A stretch of 63,705 nucleotides of DNA from Octopus bimaculoides (GCF_001194135.2 NC_068997.1:17570978-17634682); one strand, 5' to 3'. Positions 36,791 through 51,079 are shown, numbered from the stretch's first letter. Notes: generated from the letters alone by a model not told the origin. Numbers and translations are program-made.

Positions 36791-36893
36791 CTATCTAAAT
36801 AGAAGCTTCGATTATAAGCATGAATAATACCAGCTAAAAGCAGTGCAGACGTTCATTTCCGTAAACTATGGAACAACAGCAACTACATCGCCC

Positions 36894-37520
36894 TTAGAAG
36901 GACATATCTTTGCTATCCACCAACAGGAATTCTGACACTATTGTGCATATCCTTCTTGCAAGGTTGAAGGGGATATTTGTTTTGGTGTGTCTTGGGTGGC
37001 ATGAATTAAATGGTAGGTAATGTTCGGCGTTTGTGGTTTTGTAAAATATGTCGGTTTCTATATCCAAATTTAGTTTTTTAATTAGTATATATAAGAATGG
37101 GAGCTCCTTTTGGTTGTACTCCATTGTGAACTGCATGTTTGGGGTGACGCTGTTCAATAGTCTTTTGAATTTCAGGAGCTTACCTGTGTTTTCATTCCAG
37201 AGTATGAAACAGTCGTCTAGGAATCTTTTCCAATTTTCTTTTATGTATTGGGAAATGGGATTTCCAAAGGCAGATAAAGATCCCTGGTATATTATTAACT
37301 CCAGGTAGCCCATTGTTAGGTTCGCAATAAGTGGGGCTGCCCTAGTGCCCATAGCAATTCCGGATTTTTTTCGGAAAAAAGTATTGTCAAACATGAAGTG
37401 GTTGCTTCGTAGGATGAATTCATCCGATTTAGTTATGAATTCTTTACTGATCCTTTTTGGTATTTCTTCCGGAAATTGGTCCAGCCAGAACTGTTTCATC
37501 CTATGAAACAACCACTCCAT
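36894..37520 (-). mobile_element. Penelope-like element (PLE) reverse transcriptase fragment
   Basis: 208-aa open frame with GIAMGTRAAPLIANLTMGYLE, WKRFLDDCFILW, QFTME...ELPFL, FYKTT...YLPFNSCHP.HTKTNIPFNLARRICTIVS: PLE RT motifs 4-7 plus thumb. No GIY-YIG domain present. Confidence 0.92.
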
Positions 37521-37536
37521 GTTCTAGCGACATATT

Positions 37537-37652
37537 TCCGGAATTGCTATGGGAACAAGCGCAGCCCCAGTCATTGCGAACATAACAATGGGCTACCTGG
37601 AACTAATAATATACCAAGAGTCTTCATCTACCTTTGAAAACCTCCTCTCCCA

Positions 37653-37657
<5 letters not shown>
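37537..37657 (+). mobile_element. Inverted 121-bp PLE RT segment
   Basis: Matches the reverse complement of 37244-37364 at 103/121 (85%) with no indels by manual alignment; runs directly into (CA)n. Confidence 0.92.
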
Positions 37658-37729
<72 letters not shown>

Positions 37730-38724
37730 NNNNNNNNNNNNNNNNNNNNNNNNNNNNNNNNNNNNNNNNNNNNNNNNNNNNNNNNNNNNNNNNNNNNNNN
37801 NNNNNNNNNNNNNNNNNNNNNNNNNNNNNNNNNNNNNNNNNNNNNNNNNNNNNNNNNNNNNNNNNNNNNNNNNNNNNNNNNNNNNNNNNNNNNNNNNNNN
37901 NNNNNNNNNNNNNNNNNNNNNNNNNNNNNNNNNNNNNNNNNNNNNNNNNNNNNNNNNNNNNNNNNNNNNNNNNNNNNNNNNNNNNNNNNNNNNNNNNNNN
38001 NNNNNNNNNNNNNNNNNNNNNNNNNNNATATATATATATATATATACAAGTACTTATATATGCGTTTGTATATGAATACACAGATTCATACACACATTTA
38101 TACAAACGCAAAAGCAAACACCATACTCACATGCAAATATTTGTGTGGTGATGGGCTGGGGGTACAGACACAAATACAAGCAACTACATATTTGATGAAA
38201 TGTATAAACTCTTGTTCATTGTCGCCTATAAATCTATGTATGTGCAAGTAAGCATGTTTACGTCTTTGATAAGAAAGAATTATATCGAATAGTTAGATAA
38301 GAATAAGTAAAAAAAAATTGGAGTCAAAATAAAATATGCCATCCAATTGGTGAAGACATCTCATTATTTTGGATTACACAAGAATTCGCCATTAAATCTT
38401 TGTCCATTTAAACGAATTGTTTTTGTTAATTGGTACATTACGCAGGATACATATGCAATGCTTTTGAAGTTGTGATTTTTAAAAAATTTCTTTTTTCTTT
38501 GTTTTTTCGTTTTTTTTTTCTCCTGTCTACATAGTTCTAAGAAAATTATTTATCCTTCCCATACTTCAAATGTTGGGCTTGCTTGACTATCTCATTTTCG
38601 CTATCAAATTGCGCAGAATAAATTTTCCTAATAGGACAAAACGAATGCAAAACCGTTAACAGAAAAATTAGCACACATAAAAACTCCGAAATATGTAATT
38701 ACTGAATACATGTAGGCACACACA

Positions 38725-38794
<70 letters not shown>

Positions 38795-38807
38795 NNNNNN
38801 NNNNNNN

Positions 38808-38844
<37 letters not shown>

Positions 38845-38873
38845 TATATACATACATATTTGTACATACATAA

Positions 38874-38905
<32 letters not shown>

Positions 38906-39364
38906 GTATATATCTACGCATATATGGGTACAGGATGTCATAAAATGTAAACAACACGAAATACGAAACTAAAGTTGCGTGCGCAAAGAACGGGAGAAAC
39001 AAATGGGAAAACAAGTCACGTAACATGAAAGACGGCCCTTCATCAGTTGTCGGCTGTCCTTGTATTCCTGATCTTGAGCAATGAAAGACAATATAAGACT
39101 TTGAAGGCCGTTGCTCCCGCGAGCTAATATTAAATTTGGTATTTGCTGAGTGTGAAGGTTGGTAGCAAAATCAGGATCCATTTCCAAATAAGTTTATGTT
39201 AATGTATTTGATACGACTCTATCCTTTATTGCTTTCACTCTCTCTCACCCTCTCTTTCTCTCATTTTGGTTTCTCTAATGTTTCTCTCCCCTTCACCGTT
39301 TTCTATCTATATGTCGCTCTCTCCCTCTTCCTCCTTTAGTCTCTCTCTCTCTTTCGTTGCTCAC

Positions 39365-39633
39365 ACGTGACCTTCATTTATTCCGCAGTCTTCAAAATCA
39401 TTTGAACGGAAAAAAATAGACGACTGCAGAACAGTAACGAAGGTATATTTTTTCGTCACGGACAAGTAACGTTTGGAACAGGTGTCTTGCATGTCTACCA
39501 GATAGATGAAAGAGCATTGTAGATAATGAAGCAGAACATGCATATTTTAGGTTTAAAAAAAGTCTTTGTTGAACTTAAGTTTGAAAAATTAAAGAAGTGT
39601 AAAAAAAAACGGATAATTTATGGGATGACCCAA
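39365..39633 (+). mobile_element. Mariner 3' fragment with right TIR
   Basis: DLHLFRSLQNHLNGKK*...FSSRTSNVWNRCLACLPDR*KSIVDNE is a mariner catalytic C-terminus; terminus cggataatttatgggatgacccaa followed by TA (39634-5). Confidence 0.85.
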
Positions 39634-40543
39634 TATTACCTAATGGCTAAAGTATAGCTTCAAAGTTACCACGCAGAATATTTTAGTTTTCCTCATATTA
39701 TGTGAAAGAAGAAAGCTTTCTCTGTCTAATCTTTCACGCTATATTGCTGTATCGAGACTTCTAATGATTCAGAATTTCATGTATATTTCTTGTGTAAATT
39801 TTTTGAAAAACACTTCACAAATACCTTTTAATGGATTACCGACGTGTATTGTTACTGTGTAGTGAATATAGGAAATTTATGCGACGCTTGTCCTCTCACC
39901 ATCTATACGATTACAATCTAACCATGTTTTTTAGTTAGTTGCTTCTTAATTAATTTTACTGCAGCTGAAGCTGTTACACTTTAAACGCAAGCGTTAATTA
40001 TTTTCAAAAATTACAGATAATTGTTTGCACAGCTGTTGCTTGTTGGTTGTTACGTTGTGAACCCTCCGTAACACTTCTAATTTCGCTACTATTGTTATAT
40101 CTTTTCTGTATAATTATGTACTTGCAGAAAAGAGACATGTGCAGTGCAGCTTTAGCAGTCATTGCTTCTATGTGGAATAAGTCAAGAAATAAATGTTTTC
40201 AAATTAAAATATCTAATGAACAATTGCAACAACCATACAGCTCTAAACCAAGGAAAATGAAAATAAATGGCTAAATTTTAAATTTAGCAAGTACCGTACT
40301 AGTTCAATACTATACTCCCGCTATACTCCGTTCTCACGTTATTTATATCTGGGTCCGGGTTTGTAATGTTTTCTTTAAATCGTTGACTTTCCGATGCGTT
40401 TTACATAAGCATATCCAAAAACCTGACTGAGCCAGTACGGCATTCATATTTCAATACTTGTGCAACATGATACAGCTTTCTTGAACCGTTACGATCTAAG
40501 GTTAAGGGCACTCAGTAAGATATAGGATTTCTAAATGTACCCA

Positions 40544-40933
40544 GGCGCAGGTATGGCTGTGTGGTAAGTAACTTGCTTACCAACTACATGGTTCCGGGTT
40601 CATTTCCACTGCGTGGCACCTTGGGCAAGTGTCTTCTACTATAGTCGGCCAAAGTCTTGTGAGTGGATTTGGTAGACGGAAACTGAAAGAAGCCCGTCAT
40701 ATATATGCATATATATGTGTGTGTGTGTGTGTATGTTTGTGTATCTGTGTTTGTCCCCCCCCCCAACATCGCTTGACAACCGATGGTGGTGTGTTTACGT
40801 CCTCGTAACTTAGTGGTTCGGAAAAAGAGACCGATAGAATAAGTACTAGGCTTCCAAAGAATAAGTCGACAAAAGGCGGTGCTCCAGCATGGTCACAGTC
40901 AAATGACTGAAACAAGTAAAAGAGTAAAAGAGT
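40544..40933 (+). mobile_element. Full-length family B SINE: tRNA-like head, CORE-like block, internal TA/GT microsatellite (about 40699-40743), body, (AGTAAAAG)n tail
   Basis: A-box-like TGGCTGTGTGG, B-box-like GGTTCATTTCC, gtggcaccttgggcaagtgtctt CORE-like block, tandem tail aagtaaaagagtaaaagag; small deletion near 40866. Confidence 0.93.
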
Positions 40934-42592
40934 ATGCTTCTCATGGTAGAAACACTTGTAAACTAGTGATGGCGATTACATGTCTTGTTCATACTCTAAC
41001 GCTTTATGCTAAGCCATAACTATAATGAAGTCCTTCTAACACCTGGTGGCTTATATCACCATGACAGTGAATTGATAATACACAGTAGACACAAACAGAT
41101 ATATGTATATGCGCGCTTATGTGTGTGTATGTGTGTATATGTGTGTGTATAATACATAATCGCAAGAAAACATCTTATCTTCTGAATGAATTTGTTACAA
41201 AGGAATTTAGAATATTTTCTTCCTGGAGATGAAAGGAAACTTGTGAACACGAATTTCTACCTTAATGAGCGCCATCAGCAGAGACTCGGCTTACCATTAA
41301 CCAGCAAAACATGATTTCATGACTATAGAGTAAGTGTAATTAAGGCTGTTTTATGTGTACCTTTAGAAATGTATGTGCGTGTTCGCGCGTGTTAGTGTTT
41401 ATGCCCAAGCTGGATAATGTTGCTAAGTATAAGTGTTGTCTTGATGAGTAAAATGTTATTAGAACTACCACTCTAGGTGTGTTATGAGGACGACGGATAT
41501 TCATTTATAATGTAATTTAGCATAAACCAGCATACAGTCTAAGCATAACATCTGAGAATGTATCGTTATACTTTTACATAATCTTATGACAGATAAATAC
41601 ATTCAGAGCATTGTTACATTCGAGATTAGAAATTATTGAAGAGTATTCTTTCATTAGCATCTTAAAACTAATGAAATACATAGTAATTGCAGCATATTAA
41701 AGAAACGCATCGTACAGAAGCGACACAGAATCCTGGAAGCTGTTTGCAGTAGTGATTCCGAGACTGCATATTAATTTAAATATATATTCAATAATTAAAT
41801 AATTGCGCAACCATGTGTATGTTCTTGTATACAAACATAGGATGTATTAGATAATTTAAGTCAATTAGAACTTTCAATGTACTCCGTAACACTTCATCGC
41901 TTTTTAATACTGTAAGTATGCATAATTATTCAAATAGATTTTCCTTTCATTATCATTAGTACTTATGATAGAATTTGAGCTTAGATGTGTCAACAGAGAT
42001 ATACAATTTCAAACCTAACATTTAATTTAACAAGTGAACAGCGATAAACAACAATGTCTGTTGCAGTACGGTTCAAATAAAATGCACTGAGAGGAAAAAG
42101 AATAAATAATATTTTCGGAGCGTGGTTATCTAACTGAAAAATACATAAACTTTAAAACCAAATATTTGGCGAAAATATTTCATCCTTCTCTTTATTAATC
42201 ACTCGATGATATTAAACCAGGATTCATATAATTCATTATTTGTCATGTTCAGAAAGTTTATGAAACTTAAATCGTTGAAATTATACAAACAGAGCAATGG
42301 GTCCACTTCACTTTCGTTTATCAAAGCCTGTTCCGTTAGAATTCCTGCAACACTTTCCATTGAAAATAATCCCAAAGAAGTATGAGAAATTAAAAACAGA
42401 TATAAATTAGGAATTATGACTATTTTCAATGCAAATATGATTTATATATTAAAGAAAAACATTCGTAGCGATGGATAAAATCTGATCTTCACATCGAAGA
42501 GTCTATGTATATATATTCGCCACGATAGATCACTAACCACTATACATATTTTCTTTCTCTCCTTGTTTCTCTCTTTGTTTCTTTCTGTGTTC

Positions 42593-42628
42593 CTTTCTCT
42601 GGAGGAGCGTAGGCACGAAACGTTAAAG
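42593..42628 (+). ncRNA. Hammerhead-like fold with non-canonical 5' core
   Basis: CUUU CUCUGGA G GAGC GUAG GCAC GAAAC GUU AAAG: helix I CUUU/AAAG, helix II with one mismatch, palindromic AACGUU; core differs from CUGANGA at two positions. Confidence 0.45.
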
Positions 42629-42738
42629 ACTTTTTCAATTCCCGAGCGTTATACTAATACATCTATTTGTTTTCTACACCACCTATCTTCGTCTGTTGCT
42701 TTTTTTGTGAAGTTTCCCTATATATATATATATATATA

Positions 42739-42832
<94 letters not shown>

Positions 42833-42940
42833 AAAAATACATGCAGAGTACATATATACATATTTCTTATCTTAATATTTCGAAAAAGATTTTCATAATT
42901 TCCTTCTTTACATTATAACGGGAAACAAGTACTTATCAAG

Positions 42941-43085
42941 TACGACGTGTTTCCTTCAATTTCCTCACAACTAGATCCATTTATAAAGCTTTGGTCGACC
43001 CGAACCTGTACTGGACGACACGCACCAAAGGTGTCAAGCAATGCGTCTGAATCCGGAACCAAGTGGTTGGAAAGCAAGCATTTTT
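42941..43085 (-). mobile_element. Degenerate family B SINE 5' half
   Basis: Minus strand gcttgctttccaaccacttggttccggattcag...gggtcgaccaaagcttt...ggaaattgaaggaaacacgtcgta. Confidence 0.75.
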
Positions 43086-43912
43086 ACTCTTTGGAAATCT
43101 GACAGATACGGCTTTTGCAAGGAACGAACTTATGTAATTTACCTTCGAGTGTCAGCCCAGTAGCCTACTTATTGGCTCATCAAAGACTACTTCTATCAAT
43201 ATATCATTAAAATATATTGCAATACAGACCCTTATTCGCGAACCTAAGGGCACAACATCAAATTTAATCAAAACACTGCATATATTTCCTATTTCAATGT
43301 ATGCATGTATGTATGCATGTAGCCTCTTTTATAAACACATACACATATATATGCATGTATGTATGATATACATATATACATATATGTATGTGTGTAAATG
43401 TATAAGAACGTATATATGTACATATATATCCATATATATATACATCTATATATATACATACACACACATGCATTTAATGTTTACTTACACATAAACGCCA
43501 GTGTAAAATGTCTCCATACAATTTTCTAATATACACACATGCATATACATACGTGCACATACATTTCCATGTTCACCTCGTTGTATGTGCATCATCAATC
43601 GTTTGCCAAGTGTAGGATGACTCCATCATCTCATTCTCAATTACTTGTTTATGGTGGCTAATTTAAGATTTATGACTAATTTCTGAGATGTTTTCAACTT
43701 TAATTGGAGATGAAGGGTTATATTTATAAAATCAACAACGACAAATAAATACATTTTGCAAAAAAAAACAAACAAAGAAAAATAACAATATTATCTACAA
43801 CAACAACATTTATGACAACAATAAGAAGAACGTCAATAAGAGCGTTGTAATAGTAATAAGGATGGTATAAATAAATGCAAATTTAAGATTCTATTTTATA
43901 TCTATATGGAGA

Positions 43913-43940
43913 TATTATTATTATTATTCTTATCATTATT

Positions 43941-43975
<35 letters not shown>

Positions 43976-44052
43976 CGTTGTTGTTGTCGTCGTTGCTGTT
44001 GTTGGCGTTGTTGCTGTTATTACTATTTTTATATTGATATAATAATAATAAC

Positions 44053-44120
<68 letters not shown>

Positions 44121-44252
44121 CAACAATAATAATTTCTACGGCTGCAATTAAGACGCAGGCGATGATACGTAATATGGATGCACATACAGTTATGCAGGCA
44201 AATGAAGGTAAAAACAAAAGCAAGTATGACATCACAACCCCAAACAGCAATG

Positions 44253-44283
<31 letters not shown>

Positions 44284-44701
44284 AAACAGAAAGAACTCCA
44301 GAAGAAGCATCAACAACGTATGAAACCTATTATGGTATTGGAATTTTAACAGGCTAATAGTGCAATAAAGTGATGTATTGAAGCGTCTGCTACCTCGTTA
44401 CCGACATCTTCGCCACCAACCACCACCACAACAACAATAAATATTGCTGGAAAGGAAAAAGTGCAGTCTCCTTAAAGAGAAACAAACAACACCGTTTAAA
44501 TAAATATGAGTACGACGACAAAGAAGATGGCGGCGACGATGACAATGATGACGCTGTCGACGATGACGCCACGCAGACGATGACGACGAAAACGATGAGA
44601 TGACGGAGGACGCACAGGAATATTATATTCATGATGATGATAGTCATCATCGCCACTGCCAACATCATTATTACAATCGTTATCATCACGACCACCACCG
44701 C

Positions 44702-44757
<56 letters not shown>

Positions 44758-44830
44758 CCACCACCAACACCACTACCATCATCATCATAATCACCGTAAT
44801 AGAAGTCGTCGTCATCATCAGCGGTATCAC
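43913..44830. repeat. Trinucleotide arrays: (ATT/GTT)n 43913-44030, (AAT/AAC)n 44041-44130 and 44250-44285, (GAC/GAT/CAT/CAC)n 44500-44830
   Basis: Direct reading. Confidence 0.93.
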
Positions 44831-44871
44831 TACCATCCGGAAGACTAGTTGCAGCATCCCCGTATCCCTCA

Positions 44872-45010
44872 TTCAGATTCCGCCGAGGTCGACTTTGCCT
44901 TTCATCCTTTCGGAGTCGATAACTTAAGTACCAGTTGTGTACTGGGGTCGATTGAATCGACTGGCCTCCTCCCCCAAAAATTCGGGCCTTGTGCCTAGAG
45001 CAGAAAAGAG
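44872..45010 (+). mobile_element. 5'-truncated, well-preserved family A SINE
   Basis: attccgccgaggtcgactttgcctttcatcctttcggagtcgataacttaagtaccagttgtgtactggggtcgattgaatcgactggcc...gggccttgtgcctagagcagaaaag. Confidence 0.92.
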
Positions 45011-45542
45011 AAAAAAAAATGTATCTCCGTATCCATCACCATAAGGATTCTTGTCATCGTCATCAGTACATTGTCATCGTAATCTTCATCAGCATCATCA
45101 ACGTCACGATCACCTCCACATCTACCACCACTGTCACTATCAACATTACTCGTCACCGTTTGAGAGATCATTGGAGCAGAAACTCATGTGTGTGTGTATA
45201 TGTATATATATATGTACNNNNNNNNNNNNNNNNNNNNNNNNNNNNNNNNNNNNNNNNNNNNNNNNNNNNNNNNNNNNNNNNNNNNNNNNNNNNNNNNNNN
45301 NNNNNNNNNNNNNNNNNNNNNNNNNNNNNNNNNNNNNNNNNNNNNNNNNNNNNNNNNNNNNNNNNNNNNNNNNNNNNNNNNNNNNNNNNNNNNNNNNNNN
45401 NNNNNNNNNNNNNNNNNNNNNNNNNNNNNNNNNNNNNNNNNNNNNNNNNNNNNNNNNNNNNNNNNNNNNNNNNNNNNNNNNNNNNNNNNNNNNNNNNNNN
45501 NNNNNNNNNNNNNNNNNNNNNNNNNNNNNNNNNNNNNNNNNN

Positions 45543-45637
<95 letters not shown>

Positions 45638-46719
45638 TAATAATAATGATAATAATAATAATAATAATGATAATAGTAATAAGAAGAAGCTTAACAAGAG
45701 CACTCAGAGAGCGCAAACCTCCGCCAAGACAACACCATCGACCTCTCAGCGATTAGTTGGAGATATATGTATTATGTATATGTGTATACAGGGAACAAAG
45801 GAGACAGAGAGATCAGGAAGGTGAAACAATGATACAGACATAGAAATGGATAGATAAATATTTCGGTATTCAATTAGATAGGCTGTTTAGTTAGGCAGGT
45901 AATTATATTGATAACTGAAATAGGGACAGTTTAGAATAGACTGAAAGGGGGAAAAATAAAGCGAAACAGAGACTAACTAGCAAATAGACAGACAGAGAGA
46001 CAGAGAGAAATAGGAAACGAGAGATTGAGAAGCTAGAAATGAGGTGAGGTGTTAAACGCGTTAGACTCGCAATGCAGGGACAACGTGAATGACATGAGAG
46101 ATGCCAAAGTTTTAAATGGGATAAAAGAGCGTCAAGATTAAGATTTCAGGGGTTCAGAAAGGTGTGGTGAAGGTGGTGATGGAGGCGGGTGTGTTGGTTG
46201 TGAGGAAGCTAACGAAACAAAGTAAAAATTAATAAAACAAAACTGCGAGAGAAAATGTTAGGGAGGTAAAGAGCGAGGCGGTTTACAATTTAACACGTCG
46301 ATATGTAGGATCGTTTTACACATCTGACATGTTTGATTGTATTTACAGCATCAAGTGATATCTAAGTGCTGCGTTTCATTATTTATTTTCTGATTCATCT
46401 ATTTATTTTTTGTTAATTTGTTTTTGATTTTTTTTTTTCATGTTTGTTAATGTTATATTTGAATGTGTTCATTTGACGATCGATTAATTTACTCATTTAC
46501 GTATTTACTTGTTTTGCTTCTCATGTACCTGGTTATATGTTATCGTGTAGTGTTTGTTTATAGGTTGTATCTGGCAAGCTGAAAATAAAGCAAAATCTGA
46601 GATAATTCTTGAACATCGTAAAGGAATAAATATAGGTAATAAAAAGGAACAAAAAAAAAAAAGACACAAGATCCATAGCAGAAAGCAATATTGTTTGCAC
46701 AAATCGATTAATTACTAGA

Positions 46720-47245
46720 AATAACAAATAACTACAAATGAAGATGAAATTTAATATCCTTATGCTAAATATTTACATTTCAACGGAGGAAAACAAGAAA
46801 AAAGATATGTAATAAATAATTAAACAGGAAAATTAAGAAGGAATAAAAGTATAAATAGATAGAAAAAGAAAGAAAAGTGATGCGTGAGAAGGAAAAATTA
46901 TCGAAACAAAAGGAAAAAGGGAGCGAAAATAAAAATTTAGAAGGAAGTATATATGAAAAGAACGGAATGAAAATTAAAGATGGACAGTGAAGAAATGTTT
47001 GAAGGAGTTCTTTAAATTAGGAAAAGTTTAGGAAGAAAGAAACTGGTATTGAAAGAGCTTGAAGGAAGAAATGGAGACAAAATGCGATTAAAGAGAGGAA
47101 AAGGAAGTAATATACGGAAAATGGAGGATAGGAAAATATAAAATATATACAAAAAACAAAGGAAAAGATAAGTATATAATGATAAATTAGGACAACTAGG
47201 CCTATGTAACGACGTATAAGGACAGACCGGCAGACAGATATATAA

Positions 47246-47293
<48 letters not shown>

Positions 47294-47636
47294 GAACATA
47301 TATAACGACGGATTAGGACAAAGAGGTATATGAATAAGGAGAATAAGAATAATGAATACAAGGGACACATGATGAAGATAAAGATTTAAAAGAAAGGGGG
47401 ATATTTATTCATAATTAAATAGATACAAAGATAAATAGAAGCACATGTTATATACCACTCAAATAGTTTACAATCGGTTTCACTCAGATGTTGCGGCCAT
47501 AATGGGGCTCCTAAGTACAAACTCACACTTGTAACACGCACAGGCATTGATATACATACATATATACATACACACATGCGTTCATACATACATATATACA
47601 TACACGCATGCATACATACATACATATCTATATATA

Positions 47637-47726
<90 letters not shown>

Positions 47727-48240
47727 GAGAGAGAACGGGAAGAAAAAAGGAACAGACAGACTATGTACGTAAATAAATGCAAGAGCACTGAGGAAATGAA
47801 TTATAAATAGGAATCATGGATTAAAAAATTAGGCACGTTCAACCCGAAGTATGAATAAATGGTAAAAAGAAAGAGAGAAAGATTGAAAGAAAGATAGGAA
47901 GAAAGAAAAGAGTTGATCAGTATCTATAGAGTAATATAGGAAATGAGTAAATAATAAGTATAAGCGTAACTGTTTTAAAGAACGAATAAAATGAAAGAGC
48001 AAGAGGAAGTGCAAACATAGTAAGAAAGAAGAAAAACGCAAAAGGAAACCAAAAACCAACAAATAATTAATATAATTTAAAACAAATTTTTGAAAATTAG
48101 AAGTAAACATGTTAAATCAATGACAAATATATAAACAAATTTTCCAAAATTAAAAATTAGAAAGAAAAACACTAACTTTAACTAATAAATAAAAGAGAAA
48201 TTCAACCGAACATGGAAATCAAAACAAAGAGTAAACAACG
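46720..48240 (+). repeat. Purine-rich low-complexity tract including (GATA)n and (TA)n-(GA)n arrays
   Basis: A/G-dominated plus strand; produces the F/L/S-rich minus-strand ORFs 47012 and 47017. Confidence 0.75.
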
Positions 48241-49608
48241 ATAGACCGATGTAAAACAAAATGGCTGCATCGATCAATTGTCATTAAAACTTCCCGCGTA
48301 ATGGCTCTAATTTAACGTTTGTATTTTTAACTTATGCCTACGTGTGTCTGCTTACTTCCGGCGAGAATATGAGACTGACGAGTTAATAAGAACTCTCAAC
48401 ATAGCAAGCTAGCTATTTTTGTATTCTGTTTCTTCCCACTTACTCAATGTGTAGGTGTACGTGCATACCTGTCTACGTGCATGTGAATGTGTGTATGTGA
48501 GCGTCTTTTTAAATGTAAATCTATGAGGTATGAATAAATAAGCTGCATGTGTGTAATNNNNNNNNNNAACTGGAACCCTCGACGTCGTAAGCGACGGAGT
48601 GCCAACAACAATAATGTTTGAATAAATACTACGATGACTATTTATCAGTACAGACCGCTTATTATCTTTGGATAAAAATCTGACGAATCAGATGAAGGTG
48701 AACCCTAGCCTAATTTTATAGACCTGTGACCAAAGATTATAGGTCTGTGGGATGGGAGAAGAGGCCGGACTCTGTAACTGCTCAATTGTAGCACCTCACA
48801 TAACACTTAACAACCATAAGCTAAACGATAGCAGCCACAACAACAATGATAACAGCGCAACGAGCAATACCAACACAGAGGCGAACGATTATGATAGGCA
48901 GGACGGCGAATGAATTCGGCAACGCCAATATTGCCACTAACAACATCATCAACACCAGCAATGATATTAATTACCAGTACACGACTATAAGGACGGTGAC
49001 GAGGACATTGGCGATGATGAGCACAGCAACGATGACGAATATGATAATAGTAATAACACCAATTACAATAATAGTGAGAATCACATCGACATTAACACCA
49101 CCACCACCACCAACCACAGAGCCACGTATAAACATATCCATGCACACACATATACATCCAACACATGCGTACAGAATTTCAGACACACACAAACACACAC
49201 ACACACACACACTCAATTATGACTAATGTGAATTTGGAGACGTAATGAGTGTATTATATTCTTAGTTGCGCTTTATGTTGTTTGCGGTGATGTTGTTGTT
49301 GTTTTTGCGGCTATACATCATTATTATCATAATCATCATCATCATCATCATAATCGTCAGCAGTAGCAGCAGGAGCAGCAGCAGCGGCAGGAACAACATC
49401 ATTATAATCAATATCATGTTGTGCGACTTACACAATATTCTGTTCATACATTAGGCAATGTAATTAATTATATTATAATATACCATCGAAATCATTCAAA
49501 AGCTGTTAAACGGTTTCATCATGTCGAACTAGAAATATTCCAGATTTAATAGTTCTCCTTCGTTTGTATTCTCCCTAGTTTCCTCTTTTTCGGATTCCCT
49601 CACTCTTA

Positions 49609-49645
<37 letters not shown>

Positions 49646-49830
49646 TCTCATTCTCTTACACACGCATTCTTTCTCTCTTTCGGTTTTTCTCTCTATGTTA
49701 CTTTATCTTTCTTTCTCCAACATATGCTCGGTTTACATAGACCTGATTTTCCTCTATAATCCTCTATGAAACTCCGCTACAAACACACACATACACACAC
49801 ACACAACCACACACACACACACACACAACG

Positions 49831-49864
<34 letters not shown>

Positions 49865-49962
49865 GCTCTCTTATCATTTTCAGCTCGTGAGGTGGCATAA
49901 TGCCCCGGCACTGCCTGCCCTTAGTTTTTCTTCCCTTTTATGATTTGAAACCACTTCTGTTA

Positions 49963-50737
49963 CGAGGTGGTGTCAAAATGTTCCAGGACTAGTTCTGTAG
50001 TGCACCAACAGACGGCAGAACACGGTTGCGCATGCAGTAAGGGGTAGTAGCAGTGGCACTCATATGGCAACGTGCCGAATTACATCCCAGTGCTTAATTC
50101 ACTAGTTGTGAATTTTGAGTTATTGTGATCATCGTACGTGTTGTAGTCTGTGATTTTGTCACGAACAAGAACAATTATGTGTTGAACTTGGAATGCATGC
50201 TACAGTGGCAATAAGCATGCTTTGGCAAGCTTATGGCAACGAGGCAATGGATCGTACGCAATATTTCCAGTGTCATGGGAGCTTCAAACACGGAAGAACG
50301 TCTCTGAAAGACGATGTGCGATCTTACATGTGCATCACCCTCTCAAATGTGCATCGAGATTTCATTCGCCATGGCCAGACTATCAATCGAGACTTTATTG
50401 TAAGGGTTTGACGCATTTAAGGGAGGATATTCGACGAAAGCGAACAGATAAGTAAAGCGCGAATAACTGAATTCTTTAGAACAAACATGTACCCTGTCAC
50501 CGAGCACTCGTCACTTCCGCAATGGCTCTATTCAGCAGATATAACACTTGCAAATTTCCACCTCTCCTCCAAGGTGGAAATGCAGCCCAAATGTTGCCCT
50601 TTTAACACTGTTGTCAAGATCTAGAGTGAATCGTTGTTGCTCCCCGACTCGGATTATGACTTCCAGGCCGGATTCCAAAAGTGGAATATGTTATCTTTTA
50701 TTAAACATAAGTCCTAGATCGTTTTGATATATGTTAC
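49963..50737 (+). mobile_element. Internally deleted mariner (irritans-like) with both ends
   Basis: Left TA+CGAGGTGGTGTCAAAATGTTCCAGGACT; degenerate right TIR 50710-50729 (16/20). Peptides QAYGNEAMDRTQYF...FKHGRTSLKDDVRS (HTH), HRDFIRHGQTINRDF/HLREDIRRKR and YSADITLANFHL (decayed YSPDLAP). Confidence 0.88.
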
Positions 50738-51079
50738 ATGTGTGTGTGTTTGTGTACGCGCGCGCGTGCGTGTGTGTTTGTGTCAGTGTTTGTCCCCACT
50801 ACTTAAATACCAATCTTCAGAAATTATGCTTCTCAAAACCAGAACGGAGAAAGCTAATTCAAAGACTACAGATCCAACCCATCACAGGAACTGTAAAATT
50901 ATGTAAAATCTCCCAGAAATCTATCATTTAACAACATATGACCATGTCTATATATGCAAATATATACATTGGAATACATTCATAAAGCAAAACATATAAA
51001 TTTTCACATATAGTTACATAATGCATAAATACATACATGCATACATACAGACAGACAGAAATATCCTGTTGCTGATATT

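Noticed and set aside
39020-39055. Minus-strand ACAA-CUGAUGA-AGGG hammerhead-like start
   Set aside because: No GAAA after the putative helix II; at best a decayed remnant.
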